From: Amoebophrya sp. A120
Lineage: Eukaryota > Protista > Dinoflagellata
Assembly: GCA_905178155.1 (NCBI GenBank)
Contig: CAJINV010000002.1
Coordinates: 11,874,729 to 11,938,728, forward strand
DNA: 64,000 nt
Reading direction: 5' to 3'
The notes beneath the pieces are model-generated. The model made no database searches and was not told where the DNA came from. It was given only the letters and a program-made list of their open reading frames with translations. Shown here in pieces: positions 12,490-25,800 of the stretch. A program made the position numbers and the translations under genes. Position 1 is the first letter of the stretch, and the number at the start of each line of letters is the position of its first letter.

Positions 12490-15326
12490 ATGGCGGCGGT
12501 CGCAAGCACCGCCTCGGGCGGCGGGTTGAAAGTTTTCACCGCCGACGAGGTGGCCAAGCATAATACCTTTGGGGATCTGTGGTTGATCGTTGACAACAAG
12601 GTCTACGACGTGTCCAAATTTGCCAACGTCCACCCCGGTGGCAAGCATATCCTGCTCGACGTTCCGAACAACGATGCCACGGAATATTTCTACGCGTTCC
12701 ACGCAACGGACGTATTTTTCGACAAAATGTCTTTCATGATGCATATTAAGTTTCCCCCGATCATCTTCTTCAAAACGCCGAGGATTTTTTTTTTGGCTGG
12801 TATCGGTATGATCAGTGCTCCAGGTCTGCCCCGTCATTATGGTTTTTTCTTTTTTGAGCTGGTCTTTTTCCACCCAATTTCTCGTTTTCATTTTTCATAT
12901 GATGAAAATGCAGGTGCTTGACAAGTACCACAAAAAGTTGTGTATCGGCACTGTGGAGGGCAAGACCGAGCAAATCTATGAGCCGAAGCAGAAGGCCAAG
13001 GGCGGCAAGAAGCTGGATGTGGCCACCGCCCCGGCGGAGCAGCTGCTGAAGGAGCATCCGCTGCTGTGCCGCACACCCTTTGGCGAACCGGCAAGTATGA
13101 AGCGGTTCTACGCGAGCCCCTACCATAACGAGACGCACCTGCGATTTCGCCTCGGGTGCCGCGAGTTTTTCCACGAAATGCTACCGGAAGCGGAGGAGCT
13201 GGAAGAGAGTCAGGACTACATTCCCAACGAAATCTGGGAGGAGTTCGGAAAAACGGGCATGTTTGCTTGCTCCATCGGCGTCACCGCCATGCCGGCCGTG
13301 AAAAAACTGGGGTTGCCGCTCCCGGGAGGCATCAAGCCAGAGGAATTCGACTTCTTCCATGAGCAGATCCTCCATGAAGAAGCGGCAAGGATACTGCCAC
13401 CGAGGTAAGCAGTCAGGTTTGATACGTATATAGTACAAAACAATACGAATATTACTCTGGTGGGTCAACCTCTTATGCCCACGCCTCAACTTGATGACCC
13501 AGGATTTCTGCGAGTTGTGATGCTGTTCTCAGAAATAAACCAACGAAGCAAATTGTGATGAGCTAAAAACGTAGTTCAATTTCAATCAAAAATTTCAAAA
13601 TCCGATACAGCTTTCTGGATGGTATTTTTGCGGGTTTCAACATTGGTCTCCCCCCGATCATGAACTTCTATCACGGTCCCGACAAAATGGAGATGATTGC
13701 CAACATCCTGCTCGGCAAGAAAAAGGTTGCCCTCGCGATCACTGGTCCGGAGGCGGGTTCGGACGTGGCCAATCACCAGTGTATTGCGAAGTTTTCGGAA
13801 GACAAGAAGACCTTCACGGTGCGGGGCTTGAAGAAGTGGATCACCGGTGGCTGCCAGGCCGACTACTTTGTCACCGCGGTGCGTACGGGCAAGCCTGGCC
13901 TCAAAGGAATCAGCATGCTGTTGATCAAACGCGAGGACGGAAACGTGCTGACTAAGCAACTGTCAACCTCCTACGGGAAAACCGCAGCCACCGCACTGGT
14001 TCAGTTTGAGGACGCCAAGGTTCCGGTCGAGGGCCGTCTCATGGGCGTGAAGAAGGGAGACGAACTGAACAAGGGCTTCCAGTGCATCATGCTCAACTTC
14101 AACCACGAGCGGTGGATGATTTGGTAAGTATTCACTTCCACTCAGACTGTTTTTTTCTGACAATAAGTCAATCTTGACATGAACAGTAAAGTAAAGGATC
14201 ATGTTGAAATGTACTACGACGCTCAAGCATGAAATTTTTCTCGATTACATTCGAAAAGACCGATCGAGCAATGATCTTCCACAGCGCCAATGCTCTGGGC
14301 ATGCAACGCGTCGTAGTTTCGGATTGCCTCCAGTGGTTGACTATCAAATGTAAAAATGTCTGGGTCTGGAAGATTGCCAGGTTTGTCATGCATGTTTTGC
14401 ATGACCCCTGACGTCTGTGATGCATGCCCTAGCATCACAGATTTTGTGAGGGCTACCTGATGCCTATACCGCATGACAAATGCTCTTTCAGTGCAGCAAA
14501 ACTTGGACTCTCTTTCTTGCTGCTCATGCAATACAGATTTTTTTACAATCCAAAGCCAGCATGACAAACATGCATTCTTCCAGACCCAGACATTTTTACA
14601 TTTGATATTGACCCAGCGGAAGGCCTTCGGTCGACCGCTGTCGGACCAGCCGGTGCTGCGGTTCAAGTTTGGCCAGATGGTGGCTATCCTGAGTAAAAAC
14701 GTACCCACACCAGAGTTGTAATGCAGATTCGCAAAGACATGAAGACTTGTAATGCGCATCCCCATGAGAGCCATTTCCAATCGTGTTTTGGAATTTGTGA
14801 TGCTGTGAACAGGATGAGCAGCTGGATTTGTGATGCGGCTGCACTTGCTAACCTGCACTACACTGCAGAGTGCAACTTGTCATGCGTGACTCGCAAAACT
14901 CCTAGGTTTGTGTTGCAAAATCCTCATCCTGACTCTGGTGTGGGTGCGTTTTTACTCAGGATAGTGGCTGCTCTGGAGTCACTGCAGAGCTACATGGACC
15001 ACGTCACCTACCAGATGAAGGTGTACTACGACCGGGTGATGAGCGACCCGAAAACCTGGAAGACCCGGGATTACCTCGCGGGCGAGATCGGGCTGCTCAA
15101 GTACCAGACCACCCGCGTGAGCACCTTGCTCGCAGACAACGGGTGCCAGATTTTCGGCGGCCGGGCGGTCACCCGCACGGGCATGGGGAAGAAGATGGAG
15201 CGCTTCAACCGCATGTACAAAATCTCGTCCATCTACGGCGGCAGCGAGGAAATCATGGCCGACCTCGGGGTGCGACAAGCGCTGCGCGAGTGGACGCCCG
15301 AAGACAAACTGAAAGCCAAGCTGTAG
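12490..15326 (+). CDS. Cytochrome b5-domain / acyl-CoA dehydrogenase fusion with C-terminal PTS1-like AKL
   Basis: Exons 12490-12711, 12914-13404, 13611-14123, 14285-14341, 14613-14684, 14969-15326. b5 motif WLIVDNKVYDVSKFANVHPGG; ACAD motifs ALAITGPEAGSDV, RGLKKWITGG, NFNHERW, QRKAFGRPL, CQIFGGRAV, IYGGSEEIM. The last two introns are non-canonical. Confidence 0.92.
14342..14607. mobile_element. Introner-like non-canonical intron 1 (TIR element, 5-bp TSD TTGAC)
   Basis: 32-bp perfect TIR TATCAAATGTAAAAATGTCTGGGTCTGGAAGA; TTGAC at 14337-14341 and 14608-14612; removal restores QWLT|QRKAFG. Confidence 0.92.
14685..14963. mobile_element. Introner-like non-canonical intron 2 (TIR element, 5-bp TSD GTGGC)
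   Basis: TIR TATCCTGAGTAAAAACG(T/C)ACCCACACCAGAGT; GTGGC at 14680-14684 and 14964-14968; removal restores GQMVA|ALESLQ. Confidence 0.92.
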
Positions 15327-17775
15327 ATGCGAAAAATCGTTCAACATCATCTCATTTTTTATGGATGTACTACCCAGTTGTGCTTGCAGTCTCTGGCGGT
15401 GCAGCATCGCACAGCATGCAGCTGCGGCACCGTGAACTTCGGTCCAGGCACGAAGCAAGGCTGTTTTGTTTGTAGGACGTGTGGAAAGATTGATTCGATA
15501 CAAACCAGCACCTGTCACATAGGTCATGTAATTACACGTATATAGTAGAAAATTCGATTGATAATGAAGGTAAATGATAGGAAAAGAATATAACGCCCTT
15601 GTATCTTCAAAGTATAGGTTCTTTCTTTGTAGTTCTTGTTGAGTCAATTCTTCGAACCGTAAACACCGTATCGGAAACTAGTTGAAGAAATAGTACCAAG
15701 TGCACTAATGCCCTATGATGCAGGAAACTGAAACAATTTTCTAGACTTGTCAAAGGGAAGTTTAAATTTTATGGTAACCATCCAAAGCCGAATCGAGGGA
15801 CAGTCTTGCTTTGACGACCCTGGTTCGCAAGTTCTTAGAGGCAGTGATAGAAAACATGTCTCAACGAAGTAATCTTCAGTTCTTTGGTACCGAAAGAAAT
15901 TGTGCACAGCGTTGTATAGATGTAACTAAACCCTGAAAATCAAAATGACGCCGAATAAGGAAAGCATTAGAATGACTACACATGATATGATGATTCGCAA
16001 TCGCAGTGCATCTGCGGCGACAAAAGTAGTAGCCGGCCCTCGACTCTCACCCTCCTGTAGACTACCTAGCTCATTTTCCACCCGATTCGATGTTTCGTCA
16101 AGATTGTCCCATGATAAACGAGCGCAGCGCATGCTGCAGTTTCGGCGCTCGAAAATAATCCAGATAACAGTCGGCCATCGATGATATCGCATGTAAAATT
16201 TTCCAATAATTACCACTATGTTTATACAAAAGCCAGAAGGTGCGCGTTTGCAAAAAGAAAAAATTACAGACAAGAAGCGTGCGGGTGTAAATACCAATGC
16301 GGAACACAACTCTGACTGGGATTGGGACAACTTGTCGCCTCGAGTTAGGTTTATTGATTCGATAAAAAGCTATTTTTGTACGTTGGCTTTTTTGTTGAGA
16401 TCCAGCTAAAGGTTGAGGCGTCGAGAGGCCACATTCGCACATATGCCAAAAGGCACAGGGAAACTCAATAACGTCATTTTACGTTTCTGACAAAAGCTGC
16501 ATCAAGATCAGGGAAAACAAAGAAATAAACGATATAATAAGTGCTGCGAATTTTTCGGGGGATAAAGATTAAGATGCTGTTCACCTGTATAATCTGTGTT
16601 CATTATCCTGATCTACGTAGAGGAAAGATTTTATCACGCGCCTGGCTAGTAAACAAAAACCACGATCGAGCAAAGCGAAGTCCGAGAAAGCACCTGCTGC
16701 AAGGTGACGGTCAGCACGCATATCCATTTCTTCTCTGCATTAGCAAACTGATTGGTGAACACGGAGATGCAACACAAATACAGCAGTCTGCTTCTATGTC
16801 TACCTTCTAGAGATGATCGATACAACGTGTAAATACAGTTTCATTTATTCCACATGATTCCATGTTAGTAGCTCGGATTTAATACTTCGTAGTTGGTACT
16901 GATTTGATCGTCTGCAGAAACTAAACACGAAAAAAGAACATAAGCTTCTGGCAGCACGCGCAACGCCGCGCACCGGGTTTTTTTTTGAAGCAACACGCAC
17001 AAAAACCGAAAGTACCTGTACATCAGCAAACATATTGGACTTTGCTTTATTCAGCCTCTAACAAACTTTCCTTTATCCAGCTTCGTGCGCAATACGGACG
17101 CAGCCGCAGGAAGAGCAGACTTTTTGCCTGCGTGGTTCGCTGAAAAGGGCACGATCGCAAGCCGGGCGACAAGTTCCCGCATCTTTCCCTGCCTGCGGAC
17201 GCAACAATCTGGACGTAGAAGTGCAGTGCTCGTCGGACCCTGAAGAGCGAAAGCAAAGTGGAACACGTCGTGTACTCTCCTGATTTATTTCCACCTGGCG
17301 CGAATCTTGTTCGTCTTACCGGCCAGAGAGAAGCATCTTCCACCACCGGAGTCCTTGATTTTTCTCGTAGCGACGCGGCGGAGCATCTCTGAGGAGTGTA
17401 GAAGTGCTAGCCTCCTGCAATCAGGGTGGTAGGACCTTTTGAAGCGGCCGCATCACCTCCGACACGCAGCCCTTATTCTTCGCAGAAGAAACCGCAATAC
17501 CAATACACCAAGCAACGAACCAAATCTTATCTGTCACAACAATCGCAAGCAAGAAGCAAGTAGACGGCATGGATTTTGGATGCTGGCAGACAACCTGATA
17601 AGCTAGAATATTTGTAAAAATATATTACCGAGCTGAGCAGCAGGCGCAGGGAAACCACCTGCTATAGCAGCTTCCGACTTACGCGACCAGGGACGCCCCT
17701 GCAGTTCTGTGTGGATTGGTCAAAATAGAGGACGCAAAACGACGAAAGATCGCGGCCGACCCGCTCCCCGGAAAG

Positions 17776-18851
<1,076 letters not shown>

Positions 18852-19909
18852 CACGAGCGACCCAAGGAAGATGCGTGGCAAAAGCCAGAAGAACACCTCG
18901 CATGACTGCCATTTCAAAGAACCACCCAGCGACACAGATTGATTTTCATATAGACACGATGCGATGTTGGAAAGAACGGCACTCGAAGCAGTGCTGATGA
19001 CAACATTTTGACATTTGCTGAAATTTCAGACAAAAATAGTCACTTCACGCGCCTCCATTGCTAAGGATGGACCATCATACTCCAGTTACGTACGCCGCGA
19101 GTGGTTTCACGTGATACAAGCAATGGCCGCTAGGGATTTTGAAGCGGGACAGTAATTGCGCATGCGTTCTGCTCCCAAATGTCCGTTTGTGTTAGTGCCA
19201 GGGGCAGTTTTATTTCCGCTTTTGATTTCCATTTCGTCGCAAGTGGAAGTTAAATCAAGTTCCCTTGTGATTCATAATTTCGTGCGTCCCGGCTGCCAGA
19301 AATCCGTCGTCGTCGTCGTCGTGATGATCGACCGAGCTAGTAGAGCGACCTGCGCTACTTTTTCCATATTCGAGCTGCCTTCATCGACGTCGATCGCGCT
19401 CGAAGCGATGCTTTCTCTCTTCAGAGAACCGACTGCACTCGTCTCATAGCGAGCAAGAGAGATGTAGAAGTCCAATCCAGGGCTACGAATGTATCGTCCG
19501 CGTGTGAGTGACAGCGAGCCATTATGATCTATCGTATGAAGTTCGACCCTTGTCGATTGCACGAGGAATCTCGATTGTTTTTCGTACTAGGTTCACGCCG
19601 TGGTGCTCACTTTTTAATTCGGTTGCCGCGGTCTTATCGTTCGATGTTTTATCGTTTGCTATTTGCACACCTCAAGTAAGTAATCTCAAACAAAAATAAC
19701 AAGTTCCAGCGAGTGCCTGACATTTCTGTGCAGTAGCTTGTGGTGCGGGACTAGACGAGGATAAAAGAAAACAAGCGAAGGCCTAATAATTCAACCTTTA
19801 TTTGTCGGAGATACTGGATTTAGACCGAGTTGTAGGCCAGAAGTACAAGAATAAAGATAACGGTTGCAAGCAGGCCAGGACCGGTGGTTGAAAGTGGGGA
19901 AGCGGCAAC

Positions 19910-22898
19910 ATGCCGGAGGGCAGCGGTAGTCCTGCGGATGTGGTAGCGACGTTGCTCCCGTCCGACGTGCAAACGCAGAATGAAGCTGTCGCCCGGAGGA
20001 AGCTCTTGCCAAAGATCAGTCGGAAGGACGGAATTAGCGAAAGGAGGTAAAAACTTTTTGGAAAGAATCAACTCAATGAATACGAACCATCCGTTGTCAT
20101 GCGTACACGTCGCTATGAACTAGGCATAGTCTGGCAAAAAAGTGCTAACAGAAGCTGCTCTTGAACTTGATTGGTTTCAGCAAGGTCGAATGATTTCGAT
20201 GCAACAATTCCACGAGCACCATGAACATCTACCAGGACGGAGTTTGCGAAGAGCTTGTTTAACCAAGATCTGAAGGAGCTTACCGAGTGGCACAGATGGC
20301 GAAGCCCATTGGAGCAGAAGAAATTTCTCAAGTCCGTGGACTCGCTTTACAGCGTTTGGCAGAAGAAGGCAGAGCAGACTCTGGAACCTTGTATAAAAAG
20401 TTCATGCTCATGGGCCTGCACACAGACACAGCTTTATCTTCTGGAAAAAGAAAACTCGAAACCGAAAGCGAACTCTCTTACCTCGCTATTCGTCTTGATA
20501 GGCAAAAACTTGATGATGTACATACTACTCAATGCAGTAGGGCTTGCAATACAAATTTGCTGCTACGTTTCCTCCGCTGCATTCATCCTCAAGATCAAAA
20601 CAAACACGAACTCTCACAGCCTCGTCCAGCACGGCGCCGATGACAAATTTAGTCGAGGCACCACTGCAGAATATACCGGAGGATAGGACGATTCTGCCAG
20701 GCGAAGCAGGTTAGTCTACTTTTTGCGGGTGACGCATTCTAATTCTTCTTCTACTTCTTCGCTAACGCAAACCAGAGGATGTGACTCTGCGTCGTACTCT
20801 TGATGTATGATTGCGTGCCAGCCGGTCTCTGATGCGATTGTTCTCATCCTGTCAGCACACTGTTTGACGACATAACCCTCAGGTGACCTTCTAAGTCCTT
20901 CGCTTGCAGCTAAGCCGAAGGATGCGGTGGACCAGCTTATGACCGGCGATGTCGCCCAGAGTATCGCACTCGGAGCCCACATCACAGGCGACGAACCAGC
21001 GTCAGGCTCGAGGAAAGGTATCATCATAAAGGTAGATGGTCGAAAGTGCACAATGAGGACTGATTCAAATAATCCATTGCTGCATGAAAAGAAATGGAAA
21101 TAGTGTTTCATGGTTCGCTGCAAAACACGATAAAAATCCTTGCCTCACCGAGAAAATGGAAAAGGGACTCCGCATTAATCGCAGGGACAACGCGCGGGAG
21201 TCGGTCATTACCGTCCATGGGTAGCGCGGCGCAGAAATCCGTGGCCAGTGGCGTGAGTCAGGGCGCCGTCTCTTCCACCGCGTCCGCGTCCAAGTTAAAC
21301 CCGATTGACGTGCACAATGAAAAACGAAGGCGGAGATACATCCGTGCGCCCGAAAGCTTGACTCTCGATGCATGGTAATGCGCATATTTAGACTGAGGGC
21401 CTGACTTTTCTGCTCGTTGTTTACTTTATGCAAGCAGAAAATGAAAAACTCAAACGAAGACGCTGACCACGCTCTACCGCATGTCATGCAGGCGCTGCTC
21501 AGTGTCTTGACGAGTTTTTTCGAATGAGTATCAAGTATCTATGTATCTATCAGAATCAACTCTCTTTTTGCAGGTTGGATGCGAACTCGCAGGCCAGTAC
21601 GTACTCAGTATCAACAGATGTCTCGGACTACAGTAGGTGGACCGGGATATCAGAGATGACAGAAACCACGGAGGGCAGCATCACTTCGCAGCCCATGCCG
21701 ATGTTCAAAGTAATTTTCGAAATGTTTCATCTTTTGCGGATTTTTCCCTTGCAGGAGAAACAGGAGATGAATTCAATGATTTTGATCTCCACGCCGGAAA
21801 GATCCTTGTCCTTGAATACACGAGATATCATGTTGGCGCACAGCATGTATTTTCGTCAATACAAATCCAGACACAATACCGTCACCATCGGAGGGGATAC
21901 GCGATCAACCGCAGAAAGTGGCGCACGATGTCAAACCAAGTGGGCCACCCGGTACCGCACCAAGACTATCCAGACAGCCGGCGGTTTCGCACCACGACCA
22001 AGAGTCAGTTTCCCAACCCCTTCGGCGACAAACCGAACCCCTTGCACAAGGACGAGGCGATGTACGCCTCGGTATTCAAGCCGGAGGTCCACGGCAAGGT
22101 CGCTGAGGTGTTGGACGAGATGCCGGAGGACAACATGAAAGACTTCCTTTACATGGTGCGGTGTCTGCACCAGGTGCGAAAAGAGACGAAGCCGCGAACC
22201 ACCACGGAGCGATTTTACGATCTGGAGGAAAACCAGCGGCTGTATGAGCCACCAAGAGCCAAACCCATCGGCGATCCCACGGATCTCCGGAAGAGCAGCG
22301 TGCCACTCGGTAAGGAATCGGAAAAATTTGTGTTTCGGAAATTCAAGGAAGTCGTGTCGAGTTGGTTGCTTGTGCATTGCGATTTGCCGCTACTCTGCCG
22401 TACTTCCGCGTTTTGCAGTAGAAAATTGGGGACTTAGAAAATGTGAAAAAAAAATGTATCATGTAAAATGAATGCTTATGAGTCACACTCACAGGTACCC
22501 TCACGGAGAACATCAACAAGTATCAAGTCCAACTCGGGGGGAAACCGCTCATCACACAAGAAGACTACAAACGAAATATGGAGGTAAAAGAAAAGGGAAG
22601 GCTATCTAAGTATATTACTTTTTTTGTAGGCCGTCGCATCAACATATTACCATGAAAATTACATGCGGTCTACGATGCGGCTTGCAATTTCGGTGCCACT
22701 GGGTATTCTGACGTCAACGAACTGAAAGTGCATTTACAACATGAAAATTCTCAGATGCTTGACGTGGAGAACGATCCGACGGCGTTACCGAGCGTGCCAA
22801 AGAGCAGGATCAACGATCTAAACAACGACGGGACCGCGATGAGTGACGTTTTTTCGATGGGAGACCACTTGGACGGTGCCGCCTCGGATGTGTTTTAG
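19910..22898 (+). CDS. Hypothetical protein, about 9 exons
   Basis: Chain of GC-richer open segments flanked by splice signals (~19910-20046, 20236-20368, 20620-20709, 20883-21017, 21185-21373, 21574-21709, 21871-22309, 22495-22583, 22755-22898); boundaries approximate and no recognised domain. Confidence 0.6.
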
Positions 22899-25800
22899 AT
22901 GTTGATTTTTTTCACCACTTCTTGATGTATCCGTTTCACAAGAAGTTGCCTGTTGGCGTTACAATCCAACTTTACCTTGTTAAAACGATTGCAAAGAACT
23001 TTAGCAAAACACTTAGTCCTATAATATCAAATCATCCTCTCAGATCCTTGTTACGATTTACCAAGCTATAGGCTTGTCAGACACGCCGCTTCGGCTTTGT
23101 TTCAAAGCGCGCAAGCAGTAGTTTACGATTTATCCAAAAAGTTGCAAAATGTCAGGAAGCGATACGGTTTCAGCAGGCGATTTACCAGTTACGATTTATC
23201 AGACAACAGCGTTCACGTTCGAAATGATAGAGCAAATTGTTAAAATGTTATCTACCACACTAGCTGCAGTGATTTAGAGCATGCAGTGTAGGAGCAGTCC
23301 TGCCCAAAGGAGAGGAGCAGCTGGAGGAGCTCGAAAGGAAAAACATGCAGCGGAAATGCACCAGCCACGAGGCTCAGTTTGGACTGCGTTATTTTACGAT
23401 TTTTCATGTTATCAATTTTGGTGCTTGGACTCAACATTCAAATTTACACCCGGGCAACTACTGTCGTGATCGCGCGCATTGAAAACCAGAGGCACAGTTG
23501 TTCTGAAGGAATGAACTCTTTCTCTGCTGCTCTGTTGGAGACGATCTGTTTTTTTTGGTCTCTTTTGCGCAGCAGGTGGGTGACCAAAAGAGGAAGCGAC
23601 CATTGTTACGTACGAATACAAGACGGGCAAGCTAGGGTGATTGAATTAAGATAAGGAGATGCGCAGCCGGTCAAGATCAATTTTTCGGGATCAATGCTGG
23701 CAAATGCTCTGATGCTTGTTCTTTCACTCTTTGAGCACCTCCACGAGGATCCTTTTTGTGTGTGTCAAGTCTGTGTGAGTCTTTCTCTTGTCTCAGCGCA
23801 CGACCACGATAATCATGGTGAAGTAGAAGAACGCTATTGGACCGAAACTAGATACGTCGAAAAATAGACACGGAACCAAGTACAGGAGGCATTGACGTCA
23901 CCTCTTCTTTTCTGATTTTGAACCACTTTTACAAGAACTTCCCCACGAAGAAACCCCAAGCATCTTCGAACAAACATGTTGGAAGGGCTCGCAACTTTTC
24001 CGGTTGTGCTGAGCTGCATGGCCGGCTGCCCCGCTACGACGAAAGCTGCGATGCTGCCGTTTGTGTCGCTGCTCGGAGCTGCGTACGGTCCCGTAGACAT
24101 GCGTCAGCAGGGGTCTACCAGAAAAGCGGTTGGCGAGACGTAAGAGAGAGTTACAACAATTGAAGCATTTGAGTAAACGAGCCTAAATTTTCCAAGGAGC
24201 AAGTTTTGATTCCGGATGCTGTACTGCTGTATCACGAGAAAAGCGAGCTGACAAATAAATTCGGCCCGACCCAATTTCAGAGTCGTGCTAAACTATAAAA
24301 TCAGGTCGACCCAGCGCCAGGACAAGAGCGCCAAAGATTACGAAGTGTTTCTCTTTGGGGAGGATACTGCAGGCAGCGAGACGGTGGCGATGGGCCAGAC
24401 AGGTTTACGTGCGACGCAATGAATCGGAAGTGGGACGAGTGTAGCTGGAGCAACCTTATCTTTGCTCTTGCGTACGATATTCCTTTCCAGATTCTTGACG
24501 AGGAGCGCCTGCTGCTATCATCAATCTGCGCAAAAAAGAACGGTTTCCTAGAAACAAAAACACTTTTTATATTTCCCAAGACCTACACGTACACACGATT
24601 CCTGTTGATATATCTCTTCATGTTGATACCCACCAAGGCAATTTTCCAACCCGTTTTGTAACTTGAGTAAGTATTTCACAGACATGGCATGAAGAAACCA
24701 AAGCCGAAGGACGAATATCGTCTTCGACAGTGAGACACTGTTTATGAATGGTAATAAGACAGCTCGAGTTGTGCAGGCGAACTATTTTTGCATCCCTGGA
24801 AGATCCGCCCGCTTCCGTGCAACAACGCACTGAAGATGCCTTTAGTATTCGCAAATTTTTGCTTTTGCCTGTTTTCTGTTCGTGCCCACTGTCGCGCTCC
24901 CCGTCGTATCGGTGCGTCCTTTTCCTCTTTCTGCGGTTTGATTGGTTGATCGATATTTCGTCCCGAGTTCGCGGCGATCTACCTGAGTTCTGCGTGTGAG
25001 GAGCGTGAGGCGCGGTTGTGCATTTGGTTGTCCAACTGAGAGCGAGTGTTGCGGCCAGTCCTTGCGCGCTCGTCGATTTGGAGAGTAAGCCGAGCGTGAC
25101 AGGCAAGTCCGTGATAGGCAAAGCGCGTCGGGCAAGGCCATTAATACAGATCGACGGCGTCGCGTGCAATGGATGCAACGCGACCGAGCAGCAAATGCAC
25201 CTCGGAAAACTCGCGATCGGACTTTTTTGGTTGTGGCATCTTACGTACTTATTTGATAGGAGAGAGAAAGAGGGAATTCGCCGTGCCAGTTTCTCGCGGT
25301 ACTACTCGCTTCACAAAACTGTTTAGCTGTAGACCTGCCGCGTCTCTCATCCGTACGGACAAGAGGGCTCAGGTAAAACAAGCGCAGCGGTGCCGCAATA
25401 TTTATTTTGTAATGAATTCACTTCGGCGCCGCCCGCCCATTTCGAGCTACGGACTTTGCTAGTCGTCTCCTTCTTCATTTTCAACCGACATCTCACAGGA
25501 CGCGCTTGCAGAATTATGCTCCAGTGCTAAGCTTCATCAAGCTTTCCGTTCCAACAACAATGGACTCAGATTCTGCGAGTGAAGCCGTCGGCCCCTCCGT
25601 CCTTAAGATGAGGAGGATTAATACCAAGGGCGACGGGAGGCCGACGGCTTTGCAGGGGAAAGAGGATCACGCAGCGGCCCATCATGGTGCAGCGGGGGAG
25701 GAAGAAATCAAGGAAGCGGATCCGCCAGAAGATCTGCGGGGAATAAACGGAGACAACATTAAGTCCCCTGCGTCTTTAAGATGAGGAGACTTAATCCTCA

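Noticed and set aside
14223-14858. 211-aa minus-strand ORF sharing IKCKNVWVWK with a plus-strand ORF
   Set aside because: The shared peptide is just the TIR of intron 1 read on both strands; it is not a transposase.
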